DNA of 64,000 nucleotides from Fimbriosthenelais zetlandica. Lineage: Eukaryota. Location of the stretch: contig OZ365115.1 of the NCBI GenBank assembly GCA_977030845.1, positions 5,952,001-6,016,000 of the forward strand, written 5' to 3'. Below the pieces are notes generated by a model. It made no database searches, was not told the origin of the DNA, and was given only the letters and a program-made list of their open reading frames with translations. This document shows, piece by piece, positions 1 through 14,900 of this stretch. Position 1 is the stretch's first letter; each line of letters begins with the position of its first letter. Both the position numbers and the translations under genes were made by a program.

Positions 1-3000
1 GAAATAATGGCAGCTCGGCTTCCATTCCCCGTCAGATTCTGTACACGACACTGTCAAGTGTCACCATGCAGCCTTCCAGCGCCCTCTCCTTCCTTTAATT
101 GGGCATGGATGACATAGGCAAAGGTGACTCCAACTCAAACTGCTGGTAGAGTCCACTTTCTTGCACATATGGCATTATCACAATTGAATTGTCTTTGAGG
201 AATAAAATACTCTGGGGCACTGCTTTAAACCTTATGACAGCTATACTTTGCCCCATACTATGCCGTATGGGGCAAGAATTCCCTGTCGGACACCAAGATG
301 ACCAATTTATAAATCCTGCAAATGCTTTCAAGACCAAAATGCAACAAACGACCCTTGCACAGCAGTCACTGTCGAATATCGTCTTTGCCACCACTCAGAA
401 ATGAATTATGATGCAAGTGATATTTCTACAATTAATAAGTAAAAAGCGGAGGATTTGGTTCTATACATGGACTTGTACAGTACTCAGTATAGCTGAAGAA
501 CCTGCTGACGTGAGACGCCTGTCAGAGGTCAACACTGTCAAATGCTCTGACATAAATGAGCAGAGGGCAGAGGCAGGGCGGAAGCCATGCCGGTCCTACA
601 TGCTGTCACTACCTACTGCCACCCTCCCACTCTACACTGTTATGTGTATATACTGCATTATTAACATTGTAGCTCCAGATTGTAGGCAAACAGTATTCAC
701 TTCATTCTAGATATTCAATTGTAATTTATTGACTTTATGATTACATAGTGAAGTCTTCAATTTCTTATTTTCTATCCATCTGGTAGTTAGGCTTTGAAAA
801 CATTGTCAAGAGAGCTGCAGTGTGGGTATACAAAATGGGGACCTACCTCATATAAAATCTCATTATATAACAAGGAAACTGTGTTAAACGTGTCTATTGT
901 ATTTTTATGCGAGGTTTGTATGTTGGTTCAAGACTATTCTAGGCCAATAAATTGGACTGGCTGGTATGTGTCAGAGTAGAGATATATGTTAGATTGAATA
1001 GCCAGTGTATACAAACTGCTCAATGTCAAGTATTGCATTTTCGGCTCTTTTCCCCGAATGAAATCCAAGAATCTATTAAACTATCATCAAAATACTTCAA
1101 ATTCCAGATTTATACAAGGTCCTGTTTCCCAGAATTGCTAAAAAGAATCCGCCTTATCTTGATTACACTCATTGAGATAGGTGTAACAAGGACGATCTTC
1201 CCACACTATCTTTATCGCCTCTAATGTAATGAAATTTCACCAATTTAATTTCCATTTAGTTACCAAGGGCCTATCGAGTTGTTAATTTTGTTATTATTGG
1301 GATGTTCTATTATAGACGAGGCCTTTTTGTACATAGTCCAACAGATAAAGTTTATATACAATGTATCGGCAGGCCTCAAGAGATTGTAAGCAATGTAGAG
1401 TGCCACTCTAATGGCAAGATCTATTAGATATTCTGGTAAAGGACTTCTGATTGCTTATTATGTCACCTGCTCATATTAACATAAAGCACTGGGGGTGAAG
1501 AGGTCGAGCTGTGGGAAGATATTGTGCAAACATCAGTAGACATTATTGTCATTGCCTTTCTTTATGTAATCACCCATTTACTGCTGGATCAGCCTTGGTC
1601 AAGACCCTCATTTTCCTGACCCACATTCCCATATATCCTCTCTCCTCCCATTCCCATATCCTTCCCCATGCATGCAGTCTTCAACCAAGAAGGTCAAGTA
1701 GGGGGCCTTGACTATAGTCGTGGAAAGCTCACCTTTGCTGGCCACTTTTTTCCATCATCCCAAAGCTTTGCCTCCTTTTTGATCCAGCTATTGGTCTATT
1801 TTTAAACCCTGTTGGACAATAAAGTTGGCCGATGTCCTGGTGCGATGCGTCCTTCATGTGCACGCGGGCATATTATAGGCCCGGCGGAAGCTAACCCCAC
1901 AGTCAGTTACTCCGGATCGAAAGCATTATAAATCTTGGGCCAGAGGTCCCATCAAGGCCTCTACTATCTGATAGGAAGAGAATATTGAAAACCCAGCAAT
2001 GGTAGCTTAACTTTGCTCAACCATCCCTCCTCTCTTGCCTTCAGCGGGCAGGAAATACGCCTCCTACAGTTCTAGTGCCGAAAGCAACTTCATGGGGTCT
2101 GAGCACAAGGAAGACCACTTTGATAGACATTTACTTGAACAAAAGCGAATATAGAAGAAAGTATATCGACCATCCAAGCATAGCAATATTAACAGAAGTA
2201 TGGTAATCTCGAACAAGTTTCTCGCAAATTCAGGTTTTATTAAAATATTATCTTCAAATACACAAGTTTTAACTAAAAGTCTAACATCTTGCACATTTTA
2301 TCTTGAATGATTATGTGAAAATTTCTCACTTCTCACTTGAGTGTGAGTTTGGAAAAGTGGTGCTCAACACATAGAAAACTGCAGCTGTACTTGTGGGACC
2401 TGGCTCACATCAACCTACATTATGATGTCTGGGTGATAGCTAAGGACATCATGCTGGAACAAAAAGTCTAACTTCACTGAATTTGAAGGTTCACAATGAT
2501 ACTGAAATGAAACATCAACCACTTGACCCTCATCCGGAAGTAGGTGCAAACAGATATCGTGAACTTGTATTTTGTCATGACAAATGGCTTCAACTTTTTG
2601 AGTCAAGCTGGCTGGTGAAATGATGGCCTTTAGTTCAGAAAATGGCGAAGTATCTAGCTATTAGCTGGCTCTTTGGATAATTTGAAAATGGTCTTCAGTG
2701 GAAAATATAACATTCATTTTATTCAATATGGTTGATATCAGGTAGAGCCCTTCATGTCTCAGGGGTTTTTGCTATCCAGTACGTTAATCTGATTTTAAAC
2801 ACTGAAATCACCATTTACTTCCTTTACAAAACATCCTCTGATTAGCCGGTAAAATACTTCCCGACCACAGAATTTTTGACCAGGTTCTAGACAATAATTC
2901 AGAAGCCATTTTCCCATCAGGCTCTCACCCTCTATTTGGCACAATTGGGTCATGACTTGACCTATATATTTATTGGCTTATTGCTCGTCTGGTAATAGAG

Positions 3001-6000
3001 CTAGCGATGGTTAAGGTGTGATCTGCCATAGGTCACATGATTGACAAGCTCCACCCCAGCACCACCACCCCAACTATCTATCTCGCCCCTCAGCCATCAA
3101 ATTGAAATAGAACCATTCGCCCCACTTTTTTCCTAGCAGTGGCTGGCAGCTTTTTTCACCCCTTGCAAAGAAGTGATTGTGGAAACAGGGTGTTCCTCAA
3201 TTAATAGGGGATTAATTGTTCATTAATTATCATGCCTGTTGTCTGCTGGATGTGGCGATGGCTTGAACAAGAGACAAAGTGACAGAAAGTAGGGGAGAGA
3301 TAGAGAGCGATGAAGAAATGGGGTAGGTAGACAGAGAGGGAGGGGGGAGGGGAGTTGGAGAGAGTCAGACGGGGCCAAAGGAAGGTCTCCACTTTTGGAA
3401 ATTTGTACTTTTCTTATCTAACCTAAAGTTGATTTCTTCTAGAAGTCATCAGGTTTCGTACACCCCTTATCCTCTAAAACAGATTTTATTGTACCTAATA
3501 GAAACATCAGCCTTCATCGGATTAGATATCATGCATGAACAAAAATGTTTTTTCAAGGTCCACGACCACTATGAAAATACAACCCAGTTCAAATGATCCA
3601 CCATTGATGTTTTATTCCCCCGATTAAATCCCCTATAGTGATGATAATATTGTACTGCTACATGGCATTAATTATCATAGATAGTTTTCATATTCACCTT
3701 CTATTTTGGTCAGGACCTTTCTGTTCAATATGTACAGGTCATAAATCATCTATGCTAAAGCATGGGACAATAAAAAGTGGCCTTGAGTGAAGGCATGTGT
3801 ACGGCCATAAAGAGTGGAGGGTTTGGTTCATAATTGATTTGTCATATGTTGCAGTCACATCCATAACAAAGCATATGATCAAACATGCCTCGGTCTATTA
3901 TGGCGGCCAGAATGACCTCTGAAACACTTATTGTTGATAACAAACAATCGGGAGCAGCCCACTCCACCAGCCTGGTAAACAGCAAAACAAAGATGGCCGC
4001 CCACACATGTTCACGTGGGTATTTGAATATGGATCCCTGCTGGTCCCTGTGGTAACTATAGGTATCGCTTGACTATGTGCTTAGCGCTGATTATTTAATC
4101 AGAACGGTGTACTCAGAAAGTTTGTATAGGGCAGATTATCTTTCTTGAATAGCAAATATGCCTTGAAGAGTGTGGTAGTCTACACTTCCTGTTCTGTTTC
4201 CTGCCATATATACAGTTTTAATTTCTTTGGCCGGTGATGCTACTCATGCACAGAGTACTTAGGAAGTGATTAAAAACCCAATTCATCATCTTGCATGGTC
4301 AAATATGTATTGTTAACACCTTGATCCCTTCTGGTACTTTCGTATACATGTTTATAGAGCATTGTTCTCCTTCGTAATCTCAAAGTATGGGGTATTTCAT
4401 GTTTTGGGTCTTCCCTCGCCCGGCAGCCTTCTTGACTCACACATTGGGCAAGAGGAGGGCAATGAGATGGTCACATAGCACTGGGACATCTAAAACTAGG
4501 ATAGTCCTGCTAATTCACCCTGAACCGCTCGAGTGACCTGAATGAGAGCTACTCGCTTGATTAATTCCGTCGTCTCGAGCTATCAGGCTTGTTGCAGGAC
4601 GTGGCAATGTGTCCCAAGTTCATGGGTGACATAGTAAATGGTTCGTTCTCTTTGTCCCTTTGGTCCAAGTATGTACTCGACACTAGGGTGATATACTAGG
4701 TGTCTTTCTAACAAAGCAGTGTGTGTTTCTTCAACAATGATCATTCACATTCTATAAAGGCTAATTACCATTGTATTTTCAAAATTTGGGTTGGGCTTTT
4801 TAGCTATTTGCCATTTGATTATAAAAGATAGACTGCTTCTTTCGTCAAATATTAGGAAACCATTGAATTTTGCCATGGGGCCAGGCTTCACATCTATATA
4901 AGAATGCACGAGTTCCAAGATTCTATAGGAAAGGTTTCTGACCAAGTGAAGGTTGTTTGTTTCCTCAAACTTGAATCAATTTTATGTATTTCATGCATTG
5001 GAGGCCTTTCCACACTAACAAGTGATGCTAGAGTAAGTCAATAAAGCTCCAATGTTTTATAATTAGCTGAGATTATGAGGGTATATATGGGCCTGTTTAG
5101 GTTTGCCTATTGGAGAGCGTGTGAGGTCAGCCTGTATATTTACCCTAACTGGGCAGGCACTTAACATAATGACATCAAGGCTGACCCATACAGTTAGCCA
5201 GGCCTGGTCAGTGTCAACTCCTGGTCCACCCTCAGCTGCCCAGTCTCTAACACCCAGGTCTGTACTGTCACCCTAAAGTACCAGGTACTTACTTATTTCC
5301 TATGTAAGTTATTATCTGATGAATATTTTCAGGCAGATTTGGCGCCTACTTTGATGTTTCAGAAGGAAGGTGAAAAAAGGTGGGGGATTTTGGGCCACAT
5401 CCCTTTATTCAGCGAATCCAACTTTCTCATGCTTTTGGACTTTTGGCTTTAACTAAATTAACAACAAGAGGAAGACAATATATTATTCTATATCCATTTT
5501 CTCACATTAGCTTATAATGTATGTTAAAGATTGCATAGGACAATAACGAGATAGATGCTCAAAGTGCTTATTCTTTTGAGAGTTGGTGTGAAACTGTAGC
5601 AAGGATAATGTCGTTACTGTTGCTAGAAAGTCCAGCTAGAGTATCGAGCCTTTAGATCTCACTAGCTATAGGCTATGTAATAAATGGGTTGATCCTCAGG
5701 AGTGAGAATATCATAGTGGATCGTATACCTCACAAATTATAGTTTCAAATCTCTTTAGGGAACACGGACACTTGTTGTAAATTTGAAGTAGGATCTGTGG
5801 CTTCATGTGCAGATTGCTGAGGAACATAATATGACATATAGTCTGTATTCCACTTCCTCTTAATTCAATATTGAACAGGGATAAGATATCTTATTCCCCT
5901 TCTGTATATCCCTTTAAAATATCACTCGGATTTCCCCCACATTTTGTTCCTATTATGTTTCCGATTATATCTGATTAGATCCCATTCGAATAGAGATCCC

Positions 6001-7550
6001 CTGTAGACCAACTTACTTGAGGCTGGGAAGTGCCTCATCAAATAGCCAATGATTTCATTTTGTTGACTTTGGGGCGAGACCAAAACCAAGTTACTACAGC
6101 GCTAGATAATTACCACCCAAGCATAATTGGAAGCCTTCCATTCCACCAAGCACAAGTCTTGATATTATTTTCTCATCCCCATATCCTTTAGCCATCTTTC
6201 AGCTTCGATCAGGGACCGTGTCAGGAAAAAACTTTTAAGACACGCTACTCTTATTCTAATGAAATAAAGTAAACGCTTGCCCAAATTTCATTTCGACATA
6301 TACCATTCCACAACCTCATTCATTCATATCTATTATAAAATAAGAACATTTCTGCATGGTCTTATAAATTTCAGCAAGATTTATCTTCTTCCATAATTGC
6401 AGTACATTAAGATAGGGATCAGGTTGATTGAAAACTTGCTATAGAGGAGAGATGCCCTCACTTGTTTTTCTTCTTCTGAGACATTCCCCTGTCCATCGTA
6501 GTACATAATTCTCCTTGGCCGGCCCCCACCACTATCAATGTCGGTAGGCTTAACTAACTAGCGGATAAAGATGAGAAAAAACCCGTGGCACTCAACCCTC
6601 CGAATAGAGACCACCAAATTTATCGAGCGTTCGCAGGCCAGACGAATGATGGATGGAGTATTTATCTAGGTTCTGGAAAGCTTTAGTCATATAAACCAAT
6701 GAGGAAAAAACAGTCTCAGAGGTAATTCATGTATTACAGTTATACTATAGCTAAACATCAAATTCAATGATTGATTATTGCATATTTTTCGGGGGGAAAT
6801 CTTGATTGAGTATCGAGAAAAGGTCAGTTTATTTTTCGGTCGTCCTTGTCGCCATTCCATTCGACAGCATCTTGATATAAATGATATCATTTGCTGTTCC
6901 CAACATCTGGTTTCCCGTCCTCTCCAATTCTCCAATTCTTGAGAAACTTGACGTGTTAGTTTTGAAGGTCCTTTCATGAGTAAATGACCAGTATTTATAT
7001 TCGAACCTGTATATTTTTGTGATAACGACGAAGTATCATACATCAAAAATGCTCCCTCGACATTTCCATGCACTTTCCCCTATTTTCTCGACACTTTCAC
7101 ATTATTTGCTGCTTGATTTTCTTCCTTTATCTCACTTGTAATAAGAGTACTCTGCCCTGCCTAATATTAGCGCTTGATGCTCTAACTTTGGCTGCCTTTC
7201 TTCCTCTTCCTGAACTGTAATAGTAAGCCACCCTCCCCCTGTATATACCCCCTCACCCCCTGTCCTTTCCTTGTCATCTGCCTGGAGTTTAGTTGCCACA
7301 GAGTTGCTACAGTTGGCAGTGTATCCCCAAGAGGTGGCTGGTAAAGGATCCCCCTATCAGGGAATGCCATTGAGCAACATGCATGTCTGGAGGCCAAGGG
7401 GAAGGAAGGCTGTTGGAAGGGAGGAATCTCTGTCTAACTCCGCCAACAATCCACATACCTCTCTCATCTCATTTCAAAATATTTGAATGCTGAATGAACC
7501 CATAAAATCGATTACACCTATATATTGAAAATACTTAATACTAACTCAAG

Positions 7551-7605
7551 CGGTGTTAGCTCAGTTGGTTCAATGTGTTACAGAGCATTTTGTGTTTCAA
7601 TCCCC
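7551..7605 (+). mobile_element. Degenerate tRNA-derived SINE head, related to the 45546 element
   Basis: GTTAGCTCAGTTGGTT (7555-7570) is identical to 45551-45566. A B-box-like GTTTCAATCCCC lies at 7594-7605 with shortened spacing. Confidence 0.45.
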
Positions 7606-10600
7606 AATATACCCGCACCGGCATTCAGGACATTCCCGAATAATGTCTGCTGCAACAGAAGTCAACTTAGCAACGCACTGAGCAGTGCGTTTTAACTGCG
7701 TCCGTCTACAGGTTGTTGGGCGTGTTACAATATTGTGACTGCGTTGCACAACAATGCTTTAGCCTATATATGATTGTACATTGCAATGCCTTTACGTATA
7801 CTATTTTCTAGAGCACCTGGAATATCCGTTTCAACTTTCTCTGAATCCAACATAGTAACGTACTTAGACACAGAACACCCAGCTGAAACTGACAGAATAA
7901 CTTGAGAAATTTTGCGGTCTGTCTTTCACAGATAACAAAGCTTCTAACTTAGATAACTGACAGTATCCTATGTTAGAGCCTCCCTTATGTATCTGCACAG
8001 GTAGATTAATAGTGGCCAGTGATTTGTGTAACACATTGAAACATGGTATGGAGGATCGGCATGTGGGTGATTTGTCTAAGAACAATAACGCCTTCCAATA
8101 AATATCAAGGCATTATGAACAATGTGATGTACCACTCGTTATAATAAAAGATATAGGTCATGAGAGCAAAGCATAATTCTGATACAGTCGCTCCAAACCC
8201 GTCTCACCTTAAAGGTCAAATGAAATCAACTATATGGAACAAACAATTATTATGAAAATGGAAGTTGGGCTACCATGTTTGTCAACCACATTCTGAGCAT
8301 TTTAATGCTTCAAAAGTGTGACGATATTATTTGCTTGATTTTCTTTTATTCCGTCATATATTTATACGCCCATGAAATTCGCTGAAGCCCGTTTTTTGTT
8401 CGTTAATTCCATGTTAAGTCAATAAAGCTGAACGAAGAAACAGGCCCCTGCCTCCATGTTCAATCTGTCGCATCATATACACATTCTCAATACTGTTTTT
8501 TTTCTCAATATACATAACTGTAACCCGCTTCCTATTCTGTCCCATGTGTGAAATAAACAGGAGATTTAGGAAGATCTATTAATTGTCCAATTATAAAATG
8601 TGAGGCCACCATGCAGCGGCCCTCAGCATCTCTAACCATTACCTATCAGCAGCTAATATATGGCTCACACTATCTGGGACAATCCTCCCACGTTATAGCC
8701 TGGCGAGCTATCGATTGAATGCTGATCAATTAAAATAATGTATGTTGATACGCCGATCAGCTGGCTATTATACCCCTATAGCTTCTAAACCAGAAAACTA
8801 TCAGAGGACCCTGACCTCGAATCGCCTAAATGATGCTATTTTCTTCATTGAACAAGAATGAACTGGTCATTTTTCATACTTGGTTGAGTAATCCTATGTG
8901 TACCGGTACGTGATCATAATACAAAGTATGTGAATACCATTTCTATTATATTTGTTTGGTCTAGGAACAGGAATGAGCTCAGCTCATTTCCGATCTCTCA
9001 GTGCTAACCCATAGCTCACAGTTGTACATTATCGTCACCATGTATACTATTATCTAGTTCCATTATACATGGTCTTACATTGTCTGTTTGGGTCATGAAC
9101 TCAACAAATTCAGCTACATTCAGCAACAAACATACCACACATTACAACTATTTTCAAGCATATATAAGTGTCAACCTATTCACATTCAGTTCATTAATCA
9201 TTTTTGCCTTGTCTTTTTCGAACATTGTGTGTCACAATACAAATTTTGGTGATATAATAGCAATATCTCGTAGAAATATTCCATTGAAAGAAAGGCCATT
9301 TTAATGGTCTGACATAGGAGTGTTAAAGAATTCTCTCAGGTGGGTAGAGGACCACCGCTCTACCCTCATGGAGGAGGTGTGTGTAGAAGGAATGTCTACC
9401 AATAACTCCCCCAGAGCCAGTCTATACCATAACCCACACCCCTCTCATCCCACCTGGAGAAAGCAATGGATAAGCACACCACAGGCGGTCACCAGTTAGT
9501 ACATCCCCCAGACTTAATATACAATAAATTGTGCTCAGATCGCAGTGCTTTACAATGCTTCACATGCTAGGGAAATTATGCCTACAAATAGTGAATAGGA
9601 CACATATATGTTAACACGCATTAGCGATTTAATAAATTGATTAACAAACACTTGATTGCCTGTCATCAGGCTCCTCATCAGAACTGAGTATCACAGTCCT
9701 AATGTATCTGAAGTCAGTGGTGATACCATAATTCATATTAAAGGACAAAACCCCATGCCATCATTTACCACTGAGAATTATCATGATTTGAAGAGACCGT
9801 GAAATTCTAGGTAGGCAGTTCTGTATGATAAGGAAATTCCACCTGTTCAAAAGCGATTCATGATATTTCTGTGCATCCTTGAAATCTGTATAATACATAC
9901 AATAGCTCTCCCTGTAATCTTCGACATTACAAGCAAAGTTATAATGCTGTTATCTGATGAGGTTTTTTTGAGTTTAGTTTAATTATTTGTGTGCTTTTCT
10001 CAATTTGCATGAGAGATATCCTCCCTCACCATGCTGATGAAGGGAAACGTGCATTTCAAAAACATTTTCCTGTTCGTAAAATTCTGGAAGCAGTAAGAGT
10101 GAATACCTAAGACATTAGGTTGAAATGCGTTCCTGATGAACTATAATAGACAGAGAATGCTCAAAATGTCATTGGAGTCTATTCCTCGCATATCTATCCC
10201 CTTTTTATGAAATGGCCACCAATTTTGACATACCAGACCAAGGTTGTAGAGCCATGTCCACCACCACCAGGCCAGTCCCCATCTCTACCCCTCATCAGCA
10301 CCTTCCTACAGGCCTTCCAGGGGACTTTGACGCCCCGGGAGTGGTGATAAACTGACCTATATAAATGGAGGGTTATTGCAGCATTTTGCTGATTGTGTCA
10401 ATTTATTGCCACATTATCATCTGTCATCCTGCCCGCTTAGGAATCCTATGAATATTGAGTCAAGGGACCATGTTCATTTATACAGATTAACACAGCGTGG
10501 ACGCCGTATAACTGCCTCCCTATGTATTTGATTTTAAACATCAGGTACAGATCATCAATTACATGTGTATCTTTATTTTCATTTCATTACGATTCACCCA

Positions 10601-10789
10601 TGAAATCAGCTGGTGAAATTCTTCTGATTTAGGAAACTATGTTGTGGGCCATTTATATAGTTTCCCTTATGAATAATAATATATGTCACCTAGCTTGTCT
10701 TGATATTTCACCTAATGAGTAATTTATACTTCTGGCATGTCATTTATTTCATGTCTAAACTCATTATAACACATGTAGTAAATGTATAC

Positions 10790-11080
10790 TGAAGTTTCTC
10801 TTCTTCAACTTGTTCTTGTTTTTCATCATCGCTCCTTTATAATTCCCTATATCCTCTTCTGTCTTTTTCTGTTTTCTTTTACTTCTTCCATTCTTCCTTT
10901 TGTCCTCCTATACAATATGTTATTCCTCTTCCGGTTCTCCTTCGTTTCCTCCTTCTTTTACTCTTCCATCTTTCGCGTCTTCTCGTACTTCCTGTTGTTC
11001 TTGTACTTCCTGTTCTTTCTCATTCTCTACCCAATCCTCCATCTCTCTCGTTCCCTATTCCACCTAACTTTCTCCTATTA
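10790..11080. repeat. Pyrimidine-rich (CT/TCTT) low-complexity tract
   Basis: About 290 nt almost all C/T on the + strand. The overlapping 99-aa F/L/S-rich ORF is a compositional artefact. Confidence 0.9.
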
Positions 11081-11821
11081 ACCAGTCAATCAGGCAATAC
11101 CTGTGGAGGTGATGATTGTTGCAGCAGATCCCGCTGTGTTAGCCCACCTCCATGGTGTGCCTGGATTGAGGGGGAGGAGCGGACCGGAGTGTGTGGGAGG
11201 GACGGGCAGATATCTGCCTCCCACCGGTCCCATCCACCTTCCCGTAACCACCTATACCTGCCTATACCAACCTTCTCCCTTCTCTATACCTTTGCCTTTA
11301 TCCTCTCAAAATTAATTTAAACATGGAAAATAATATATCATTAGTCATACAAAATGTCATAGTATACTTTTGTACTTTCGGTCAAGTTATATTACTCATT
11401 TGAAGACCATTTGAAGACCCTAAAGTTTCTTACCAGTTATTACTTATATTTGTTCGGCATGAGACAACAGGTAATAACTATGGAAATATGGTACGATTTT
11501 TAGTAAGGCAGGAATCATGAGGCTCTCACAGAGGGGCTCAGTCAGACATTCCAATCAATGATTGATCCACAAGATGTATATAATCCACCACTGGGCAACA
11601 TTTGTCTAAGAGAATTATCTTTTTTTATCATATCTTCTGCATGCTACCTTTTCGGTCTCTAATTTTTGCTAGTCTGAGATTGAAAGGAGGAATGAAGAAG
11701 GGGACTTACCTAGAAGACTGGCAAGTATGCAAAATCTGATGAAAAAGACAACACAAGGTTTCATCTTGCGACGCGCATCCCATATCCGATATGCCGTAGA
11801 CGGCTGTACACAATCGATCTA

Positions 11822-11980
11822 GACCCTTTCTCTTTTCTTGTTCTTCCCGTCCTCCTCCTTCTGATCCTATTCTTATATTTTCCTTCCAACCAAGTTCGTA
11901 GATCCTTTTCTATTGTTCTCTACTCCTCTCTTCTCACCTTCCTTTTTCTCTCATTCCTTGTCTTTTTACCCCTTTCTCTA
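11822..11980. repeat. Second pyrimidine-rich low-complexity tract
   Basis: C/T-dominated + strand, similar to 10790-11080. Confidence 0.8.
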
Positions 11981-14900
11981 TAATTGGAAACGCAGCGAAT
12001 ATTATTCCAGGAACATCCAGCCAAAAGGTGCTCGGTCAAAATTCACAAAACAAAGTAGAAGTTTAAGAACCTGGGTTCAAGTTGTTCAGTTTGAATGTTG
12101 TGATATCTGGAGGGTTGAAGTGTTTGTGAGAGGTGTGCTTTGTAGGTCTGCGGGTCGGTTTAGCCATTAATAAGGCCTCCCAACAAGTGATATCCTGTCC
12201 TTCTATGATTTGACGGACCGTGGAGGAGGGAAGGAGGGGCGTCCGGAGCGGGGCAAGGGGAAGCCTTCAAACACACACACCGCCGCCTGGCCCTCTGTCC
12301 CTCTCTAGTCAGTCTCACCACAAAACTAGCCTTTCTTTTTTGGTCTTTTTTCAAAGTCGGAGTAGAAAATAAAGAGACTTTACAAACTGTGGGAGCCGGA
12401 TAACGATGAGGCGTGGAGTTGTTAGCCCTTTCCACTACAAGTTTAATATTCTAGCGTTTCCAGTAATGTACCAAGAGTTGCCTATGGTATCCAGTGTGTC
12501 TACCGCCTCCTTCAGCCACCACCAATACACCATGCGCATGGTTAGTTCACTCCGCAGAAAATAGTGCCTCAGTGCGCTCAGAGAGGGCGCACTCATCAGA
12601 AGCAGACTTAGCAGGAAGCGGAAGTGGATCTATGAGCATGCGCGTGGGAGATGGTAGGATATGCTGATTGGGAGGTACTGAGGATAATTTCAGGCTCATA
12701 GAGTGCATGTATGGCAAGTTGTATAGGGAAAGTAGGACGAGGGGTTTTGTTCAGGGATTTCATAATATAGGCCCCTTCTTATGTTTTCCACCATATATTT
12801 TAGTTTTGTTGCAGTTATAAGCTTCACCATGTCTGCTATACTCCTATACAGGTACCCTCTCATTTTATCGCGACATGCTTAGGCATTGTTATATACAACG
12901 AGGCGATTGAATATTGAACATGTTAACTGAAATCAATATAGGATAATCTCATTGTTTTATTTTGACAGAAGTTGGGCTTAGTTTACCCCTTCCACACAAT
13001 AACGTGTGTACCAGATGTAGAGGGAGAAACACTATGATTTTTACATATCAAACAACTGACAACTCTTTTTTCTCATTGTGGAATGAAGCTCCAGCTGACA
13101 AATGCATGGGTGGCGACAGTTGCTTGGGATACATGAGAAATAGACCTATATAGTGACATTGTGGACATGTCGACATAAAACACCATAAAATAATATATTT
13201 AGATTTTACACTATATATATATGTACAACAATTGGAATGAACTTTGTCAAAAGTAAATAGTTTAATACCTAAGGAAAATCACCCATCAATAATATTAGAG
13301 GAATCAAATGCTGACAAGATGATACAGCAGAAACATTCTTGTTTTAAGCACAAACCCAGTGGCTTTCACCCTTTCATTGTGCCACAATCTGAGAACACCA
13401 TATTTCCTTTACTGCTAGGCCATTCTCCATTCTTCCAGGACTAAAGACTTATCCTGTTTTTGATTTTTGATTACCGTTCATCGGGTCGCATCCGGGGTCA
13501 TGTGGCAGGGGTTCCTTTAATTTCCAAATCAAAAGCGGCCTTGTGCTATTGCCAGTCCCCCACCTTTCTGAACCCGCCCCATAACTGTTCTTCTGTTGGG
13601 GGAAATAATATAAAATGTAAGTGAACTAATGGCATCATAATTGCGTTTTTTACTCTCCTTCACACACTATTGGTAGAGGCAGGGAGGCAGTTGACATCTG
13701 TGTGTGACGTTAGTGATAGTCTAGTCATCCCTTTTTGCTGTTATTTCTCCTCCTCGATTCCTATCTCCACTTTCTATGTGAACAAATGAGGCGCAGTGTG
13801 GCAGGTTGTGTTGCCTTCTGATACCATTGTCCTGGGTTGGGCAAGCTTAGAGACTTCCACCTAAATGTCTCTAGGTTCGGTTTATACTCATCCTTCTGTC
13901 ACCCTCCCCCTTTTCATTCCTATATCTCCCGGTATACATATAGCGAACTGTTAAACCCAGTTAAATAAAAAAAAAGATGCATGTGACGAAAAAATGCGTC
14001 CAAAACTTCGACACTCCAATTTTGAAGAGGATCGAAAATTGAAACAGTGCACTATTTGTCATAAACAGATTCCCCGGCAGAAGGATGACTTCATCCTTCA
14101 CGCCATACAAACAAAGTGGGATTTGACTCCATTTTAAGTGGAATCAATGGGTATTGATTTGTGTTCACCTACATTGAGATAAGTGATTCCAAACTGAACT
14201 CAGATCGATACCATTTGCTTCTTATCGTTTGCCTTGCTAAGCACCCTTATAGTCCTCTAATTGAAGCCTTGTCCTGTCGCCTTTTCGGGCATTGTCATGT
14301 GTAATGATTCAATTATAGAAGTTGGAATCAATTATTTTTCGTGAAAAATTCTTACTGGGGAAGGTGGTCTATCAATCAACGCCAACATGGGGGACGTGAA
14401 AACAAAGATGATTGTTTTCATTGTCCGTAAACAAGATCATAGATAACATTAATAACAATTGTCAAAGACATTCTGGAACTACCAAAAAGCCTTGCATAAA
14501 CTATTTTAATTATAAAAAGTTTGTATAATTGTAAATGATTTATGCATGAGCAACCCGAAATCATCTTGTAATGTTTGAGTAGCAAATCATTCTCCTTTCT
14601 AGTGAATAGCATGCCTGAGAACATTACTGAAGGCATTTGCCTCTGTTTATACCGGTGGCCTTCAGACAAAGTATAACAGTTGGGATAATATTGATGCTGA
14701 TGGCTGACAGGTGGCATGTCTGTCGAGGGTTGCTCATGAGCAGGTTAGGTGTAGATAAGGAGCTTAAGTGAGCAAGTCACGAGAATAAGAGAACATCCTC
14801 ACTGAATACTCTGTTATGAACTGGTCACATGTGAAGAGGTCACATCTGCCAACGTCACGTCTCTGGGCCAATTTTCTATAAACATGAAATTGATATCATT

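Noticed and set aside
14250-14570. Penelope-like RT phrases on the + strand (FFVKNSY; VNDLCMSNPKS)
   Set aside because: Motifs are scattered across frames and the YVDD motif is absent. Too weak to call.
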